Shown: piece after piece, positions 26,186 through 30,752 of the stretch
How the letters are laid out: each line of letters opens with the position of its first letter
Numbering within the stretch: the stretch's first letter is position 1
Assembly (NCBI GenBank): GCA_048882485.1
Contig: JBHLRP010000037.1
Span: 1-30,752 of the forward strand
DNA length: 30,752 bases
Direction of reading: 5' to 3'
Origin: Candidatus Thorarchaeota archaeon
GTDB lineage: Archaea > Asgardarchaeota > Thorarchaeia > Thorarchaeales > Thorarchaeaceae
Program-made: the position numbers and the translations under genes
Notes under the pieces: model-generated
What the model was told of the DNA's origin: nothing
Databases searched by the model: none
What the model saw: the letters and a program-made list of their open reading frames with translations, nothing else

Positions 26186-27160
26186 ATGCCGGAGATAACC
26201 TATAGGCAAGCCATCACAGAGGGACTCAGAGAAGAAATGAAGAGGGATGAAAATGTGTTTCTTATTGGGGAGGATATCGGCCGCAATTGGGGAGGCGCAT
26301 TTCAGGTAACTAAAGGTCTTGCTGAGGAATTTGGAGATGATAGAGTCATCGATTCTCCGATTTCTGAGAACTCATTCGTTGGTGCATGTGTTGGTGCAGC
26401 CATAACAGGATTGCGACCGGTTGCGGAGATAATGTTTGGAGACCTAATCTCTCTGGCAATCGACCAAATCTGCAACCAAGCTGCCAAGATGCGATATATG
26501 TTTGGCGGACAGACATCCGTTCCACTTGTTGTTAGGACTGTGTTTGGCGAGTTCAAGAATATGGCAGCTCAACATTCGCAATCACTTGAAGCTTGGTTCA
26601 TGCATACCCCAGGCCTCAAAATCGCAGTGCCTGCTTTTGCTTATGATGCAAAGGGGCTCATAAAATCTGCAATACGTGATGCGGACCCTGTGATGTTTTT
26701 CGAGCATAAAATGCTCTATGATAAGAAGGAAGATGTGCCTCAAGATGAGTATACGATTCCTTTCGGAGAAGCGAGTATTAGAAGAGAGGGGGATGATATC
26801 ACAATCTGGGCTACATTCTACATGCTTCACAAGGCATTGGAGGTAGCAAAAGAACTCGGTAGAGAAGGTATCAGCGTAGAAGTGGTGGATCCGCGAACTC
26901 TAGTACCGTTAGATAAACAGACTCTGATAGATTCAGTTAAGAAAACTGGTCGATTGGTTCTTGCGACGGAAGAAACAAGGACAGGCGCTACAACAGGTGA
27001 AGTTGCCGCGATTGTTCAGGAAGAAGCCTTTGACTGGTTGGATGCACCAATCATACGAATAAACGCACCAGATACACCAATCCCCTTTAGTCCCATTCTT
27101 GAAGAAACCTACATTCCGTCCAGTAAACAGCTGATCGCAGCAATTAAGAGTATCATCTAG
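26186..27160 (+). CDS. ThDP-dependent dehydrogenase E1 beta subunit (AcoB/PdhB-like)
   Basis: GEDIG, DSPISE, RPVAEIMF.D, AAQHSQSLE, FFEHK, DPRTLVPLD. Confidence 0.92.
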   Translation: MPEITYRQAITEGLREEMKRDENVFLIGEDIGRNWGGAFQVTKGLAEEFGDDRVIDSPISENSFVGACVGAAITGLRPVAEIMFGDLISLAIDQICNQAAKMRYMFGGQTSVPLVVRTVFGEFKNMAAQHSQSLEAWFMHTPGLKIAVPAFAYDAKGLIKSAIRDADPVMFFEHKMLYDKKEDVPQDEYTIPFGEASIRREGDDITIWATFYMLHKALEVAKELGREGISVEVVDPRTLVPLDKQTLIDSVKKTGRLVLATEETRTGATTGEVAAIVQEEAFDWLDAPIIRINAPDTPIPFSPILEETYIPSSKQLIAAIKSII

Positions 27161-27340
27161 TTTATGATAGAGGTCATTCTGATAATAACTTCAAATTAAG
27201 CAGGCATGGGAGGATCCAATCATGCAGGACAATGGTGCAATCGGATTTCAGAGGGTGTTTGAATAGGCTTCAGCTATGTAGTTGTAATTTTGAACATCCT
27301 TCAGATTTAATAGCACCTTGGGGGTGAACCTAATTGGGCG

Positions 27341-28279
27341 ATGCCTCTGTCCTCGAATACAAAGTACTATGCGGCATTGGTTGTTTCGATGTTCATTTGG
27401 GGGTCGAGTTGGGTATCAATCAAAATTGTCACCTCTATTTCACAACCCATGACCGTGGGATTCTTCAGATATGCCATTGCGGGCTTACTCTTTCTACTTC
27501 TGCTTCATTCAAACGGCGTATCGCCTAGAACTCTATTCAATAGAGATACTATGCCCGCCCTAGTATTGGGAGGAATTACAGGCGTGTTTGGATTTACTTA
27601 TCTGAGTCTTGTAGGAACCCGTTTCACCACAGCCGGACAAGCGTCTATTATAGCAGGCATCAATCCAATCACCGTCAGCTTCTTTGCATATCTATTGCAC
27701 AGAGAACTACTTGCGTCTAGGGGGAGATATCTGGGAATCGTGCTTGCCTTCCTGGGGATAGTCTTCGTTGTAGGAATACAAGCACTTCTCGAATTTAACC
27801 TAGATTACCTCGCGGGGAATATGATCTTGATCATTTCAATGCTATCGTGGGGTGTCTATTCCTCTACATCAAAGATTGCCATGCAAAATCTAACTCCAGT
27901 TGAGGCTACTGCAGGAAGTATATTTGTCGGATGGTTTTTGTTTTGTATTGGAACTGTTACAGAACTTGAGTCATTGAAACAGGTTCTCCTAATTGCCGAG
28001 TTCTGGTGGAATGTGATATTCCTTGGTGCTATCTCTGCCTTTTTTGGATTTTTGATGTATTTTGAGGCCGTCAAAAGGATAGGAGTGACAAGGACCGGGA
28101 GCTTTACAAGTCTAATACCCTTGTTCGGAACAGCTACATCAATAATTCTTCTTGAAGAGCAAATCCTCTGGACCTTTACGGTTGGATTGGTTCTTGTCGT
28201 CCTGGGGATAATTATACTCAATGCCCCAGGGAATGAGGAATCAACTGAAACCAGTGCGCATATTCCATCAGAAGTCTAG
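27341..28279 (+). CDS. EamA/DMT family transporter
   Basis: IWGSSW..K, FRY, two EamA repeats, about 10 TM helices, LLEE. Confidence 0.9.
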   Translation: MPLSSNTKYYAALVVSMFIWGSSWVSIKIVTSISQPMTVGFFRYAIAGLLFLLLLHSNGVSPRTLFNRDTMPALVLGGITGVFGFTYLSLVGTRFTTAGQASIIAGINPITVSFFAYLLHRELLASRGRYLGIVLAFLGIVFVVGIQALLEFNLDYLAGNMILIISMLSWGVYSSTSKIAMQNLTPVEATAGSIFVGWFLFCIGTVTELESLKQVLLIAEFWWNVIFLGAISAFFGFLMYFEAVKRIGVTRTGSFTSLIPLFGTATSIILLEEQILWTFTVGLVLVVLGIIILNAPGNEESTETSAHIPSEV

Positions 28280-28516
28280 TTGATTTGAAGTTAGACCTTG
28301 GAGTATTTCTTCAAAGACTATTGTGGATGAGATGTTTGTATCGAAATCAACTCCCACCACCATAGGCGCCAAACGCATCTGCTCCACTAGCAAGAAGCCT
28401 GTTCTAAAGTTAGTCTCTTATCTCCTTCTTCAGCCAAGTCCTTTTGAGGCTAATTATAATCACGAACCTCTCTCTGTTTCCTTCCGTAGGAGGGGGGTAC
28501 TAGAGGGGTATGCGAA

Positions 28517-29857
28517 CTACCATCGTCCCATTTCATCTATGAGGTAAGCTAACCTAAGCATGCCCTTTCGAAAATTCTCGATTTTGATGCTTTCATTTGG
28601 TGAATGACCCTTTGAATCAAAATCAGACACCCCAATTGATACCATTGGTGCGTAGTCCTTGAAGATATACAATGGGCCAGAACCCGGACTTGTCGGATGT
28701 ACTCGCAGTTTGTCAAACACTTTCGCATTTGCTCTCCGCACCACATCTACGAAAGGATGGTCCACGGGAGTTTTTCCGGCAGGGTACCCCTCATACCAAA
28801 GAAACTTGATATCAGAAAAGCCATGGTCATCAAGATGCTTCCTGAATTTTCTCCTGATATCCTCAGGATCCATCCCCTCAACAAGTCTGAAGTCTATTTT
28901 TGCTGAAGCCTTGGCTGGAAGCACGGTCATCGACCCCTCACCCTGGTAGCCACTTGTTAGCCCGCAGATTGTACACGTGGGAGCATTGTAATAGGCTTCC
29001 TTGAAATCCCGTCCAGACATTTCATTAAGAAACTCCTTGATCCCATAGCTTTCTTTGATGTCTTCCTCTCGCAGGTCGATTTTGTCTATTGCATTCCATT
29101 CAGCATCAGTGAGGGATTTCATGCCATCATAGAATCCGTCAATCAGGATCTTATGGTCTGCACCTTTTAGTGATTCCAGAGCCATCACTAGGCGTTGAGG
29201 TGCCGACGGAAGGACACACCCCATACTTGAGTGCACATCTCTAGTAAGAAGTTCAATCTCCAACTGCACATAGAAGATGCCCTTTAGCCCCAGCCATGCC
29301 TCCTGAACGCCATCATAACCCTCACCTCCAAACTCCCAAATGCCGCCATCGGCTTTCATGAATTCTTTGTTCTTCTCTACAAATTCTGGAAAGTGAATGC
29401 TACCAATCTCCTCCTCGCCTTCGAAGATACACTTGATGTTTACTGGGAGACCCGTACCGGTGTCAGTGTACGCCTTGAGTGCCCACAGCCGAGATATCGT
29501 GTCACCCTTATTGTCAGCAACACCGCGGCCATAGATTCGTCCATCTCGTATGTCTGGCTCGAATGGTGGGGTTTCCCATAGGTCGAATGGCTCTGCAGGT
29601 TGAACATCATAGTGATCGTAGAACATCAGAGTTCTTTTGGCATCAACATCAAGAAATCCAGTAATAACCGGCGCTCCTGTAATCTCATGGATCTCGGCTT
29701 CAAGTCCCAGTACTTCCAGTTTTCCTCTGAGAAACTCTGCGGTTTCATAGAGACCTTCGTTCTTTGCCGCAACGGAAGGGATTCGCACAATCTCCTTCAA
29801 TTCCTCAATTGCATTGTCAATGTTCTTTTCTATGTACTCGAGGACTTCCTCAATCAT
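28517..29857 (-). CDS. M20 family metallopeptidase (dipeptidase/deacylase-like)
   Basis: HYDVQP, GRGVADNKG, EGEEEIGS, DVHS, HSPNE. Confidence 0.92.
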   Translation of the reverse strand: MIEEVLEYIEKNIDNAIEELKEIVRIPSVAAKNEGLYETAEFLRGKLEVLGLEAEIHEITGAPVITGFLDVDAKRTLMFYDHYDVQPAEPFDLWETPPFEPDIRDGRIYGRGVADNKGDTISRLWALKAYTDTGTGLPVNIKCIFEGEEEIGSIHFPEFVEKNKEFMKADGGIWEFGGEGYDGVQEAWLGLKGIFYVQLEIELLTRDVHSSMGCVLPSAPQRLVMALESLKGADHKILIDGFYDGMKSLTDAEWNAIDKIDLREEDIKESYGIKEFLNEMSGRDFKEAYYNAPTCTICGLTSGYQGEGSMTVLPAKASAKIDFRLVEGMDPEDIRRKFRKHLDDHGFSDIKFLWYEGYPAGKTPVDHPFVDVVRRANAKVFDKLRVHPTSPGSGPLYIFKDYAPMVSIGVSDFDSKGHSPNESIKIENFRKGMLRLAYLIDEMGRW

Positions 29858-29960
29858 ATGAATCGACCACAGGGTCTATGCCATTGGTTGATGAAATATG
29901 CTCTTGTTCATGCCGCCTGCATTGATGGACAGATTTACCTGCATTTGTACTCTATTTGAG

Positions 29961-30752
29961 ATGAATCGTATGAATCTCCGTACTGTGTACGTTGGCTTAG
30001 CCACTATTCTGCTCATAGCTCCGATGACGCTAGTAACCGACATGGTAATCTACACATCAGCAGCTGACATTGACTACTTCCCACTGGATGATTGGAGGAC
30101 TTCAACACCAGAACTTCAGAACATGGACCCCGCGATATTGCATAATATGCTGGAATACTATCAGACCAATAATGTCAGCATCGATAGCATTGTGATTGTG
30201 AAAAATGGTTATGTAATCATGGAAGAATATCCATCTACCTACGGACCGAATTCAACTCATCAAATCTTCTCGTGCACCAAAAGCATCACTTCAACACTCT
30301 TCGGGATTGCGATTGATTACGGTTACATCAATGGAGTAAATGAAAGCGTGCTTGAGTTCTTCAATGACCGACCTATTGAAAACATGGACAGTCGAAAGGA
30401 TTCAATTACCGTAAAGCATCTTCTTACGATGACTGCAGGCTTTGACTGGGCCGAACTATACAGAGAAAGTGAAAGCGACTTTGATCAGATGACTAGAACT
30501 TCAGACTGGGTACAATATGTTTTGGACCGTCCGATGGAATCTGAGCCCGGTCTGAAGTTTGTGTATAACACGGGAGCCTCACATCTTCTTTCAGCAATTT
30601 TGCAAATTGCTACAGGAGTAACAATGTCAGAATTTGCCCGAACGCATTTATTCAACCTCCTTGGAATTCATGATGTCGAATGGTCTGAGGACTCCAAAGG
30701 GATTACAAATGGCGGCACACAGCTGAGACTCCGGCCTCTTGACATGGCCAAG
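29961..30752 (+). CDS. Secreted or anchored serine hydrolase, beta-lactamase class C/NylB-like; 3'-truncated by the window edge
   Basis: Not in the ORF track because it has no stop. Hand translation: MNRMNLRTVYVGLATILL (signal or anchor), W.TSTPE, IVIVKNG, FSCTKS (SxxK), HLLTMTAG, PG.KFVYNTG, LFNLLGI. Confidence 0.88.
   Translation, partial: MNRMNLRTVYVGLATILLIAPMTLVTDMVIYTSAADIDYFPLDDWRTSTPELQNMDPAILHNMLEYYQTNNVSIDSIVIVKNGYVIMEEYPSTYGPNSTHQIFSCTKSITSTLFGIAIDYGYINGVNESVLEFFNDRPIENMDSRKDSITVKHLLTMTAGFDWAELYRESESDFDQMTRTSDWVQYVLDRPMESEPGLKFVYNTGASHLLSAILQIATGVTMSEFARTHLFNLLGIHDVEWSEDSKGITNGGTQLRLRPLDMAK

Noticed and set aside
27207-27266. GGGAGG followed by a 14-codon ORF (MQDNGAIGFQRVFE) where E2 might be expected
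   Set aside because: Too short and not similar to a lipoyl domain; cannot be supported as a gene or pseudogene.
570-29959. Numerous antisense or alternate-frame ORFs in the track (e.g. 8235-8765, 15617-16156, 3884-4456, 28323-28547)
   Set aside because: They are shadows of well-supported genes or motif-less intergenic ORFs.
1-30752. Mobile element, CRISPR array, tRNA/rRNA or island boundary repeats
   Set aside because: No transposase or integrase, spaced direct repeats or structural RNA signatures were seen. A compositional shift could not be quantified by eye.

Overview
A gene-dense archaeal window: BRE/TATA-like promoters, GGTG/GGAGG ribosome-binding sites, an SBP with an N-terminal membrane anchor, and Mer-like and MtmB-like proteins. 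The gene repertoire fits an anaerobic, peptide/amino-acid-fermenting archaeon such as an Asgard Thorarchaeote, but that is inference only. About 30 CDS form an amino-acid/amine catabolism neighbourhood. In order: threonine dehydratase, membrane alpha/beta hydrolase, flavocytochrome-c-type reductase, SDR-type threonine dehydrogenase, ALS-like ThDP enzyme, small Zn-ribbon protein, ATP-NAD-kinase/AcoX-like protein, two glycine-decarboxylase-like P subunits, a split LIV-type ABC importer, M24-fold hydrolase, DUF3830, Mer-like F420 enzyme, MtmB-like methyltransferase plus corrinoid protein, two VOC paralogues, nitrilase, Lrp regulator, E1 alpha/beta, EamA, M20 peptidase and an SxxK serine hydrolase. 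The main signal is that almost every core enzyme between about 5.7 and 27 kb has an altered active site. MtmB lacks pyrrolysine and its helper glutamates. GcvPA/PB have lost glycine-specific motifs and have no H/T/L partners in the window. The M24 protein has lost its metal ligands, and the VOC proteins carry an HH->CE swap. The ABC permease has a fused 8-Cys desulforedoxin-like tail. Together these suggest an uncharacterised pathway for uptake, demethylation and decarboxylation of an unknown (methylated) amine or amino acid. No rRNA, tRNA, CRISPR or mobile element was recognised. Motif comparisons use remembered reference sequences, not database searches.
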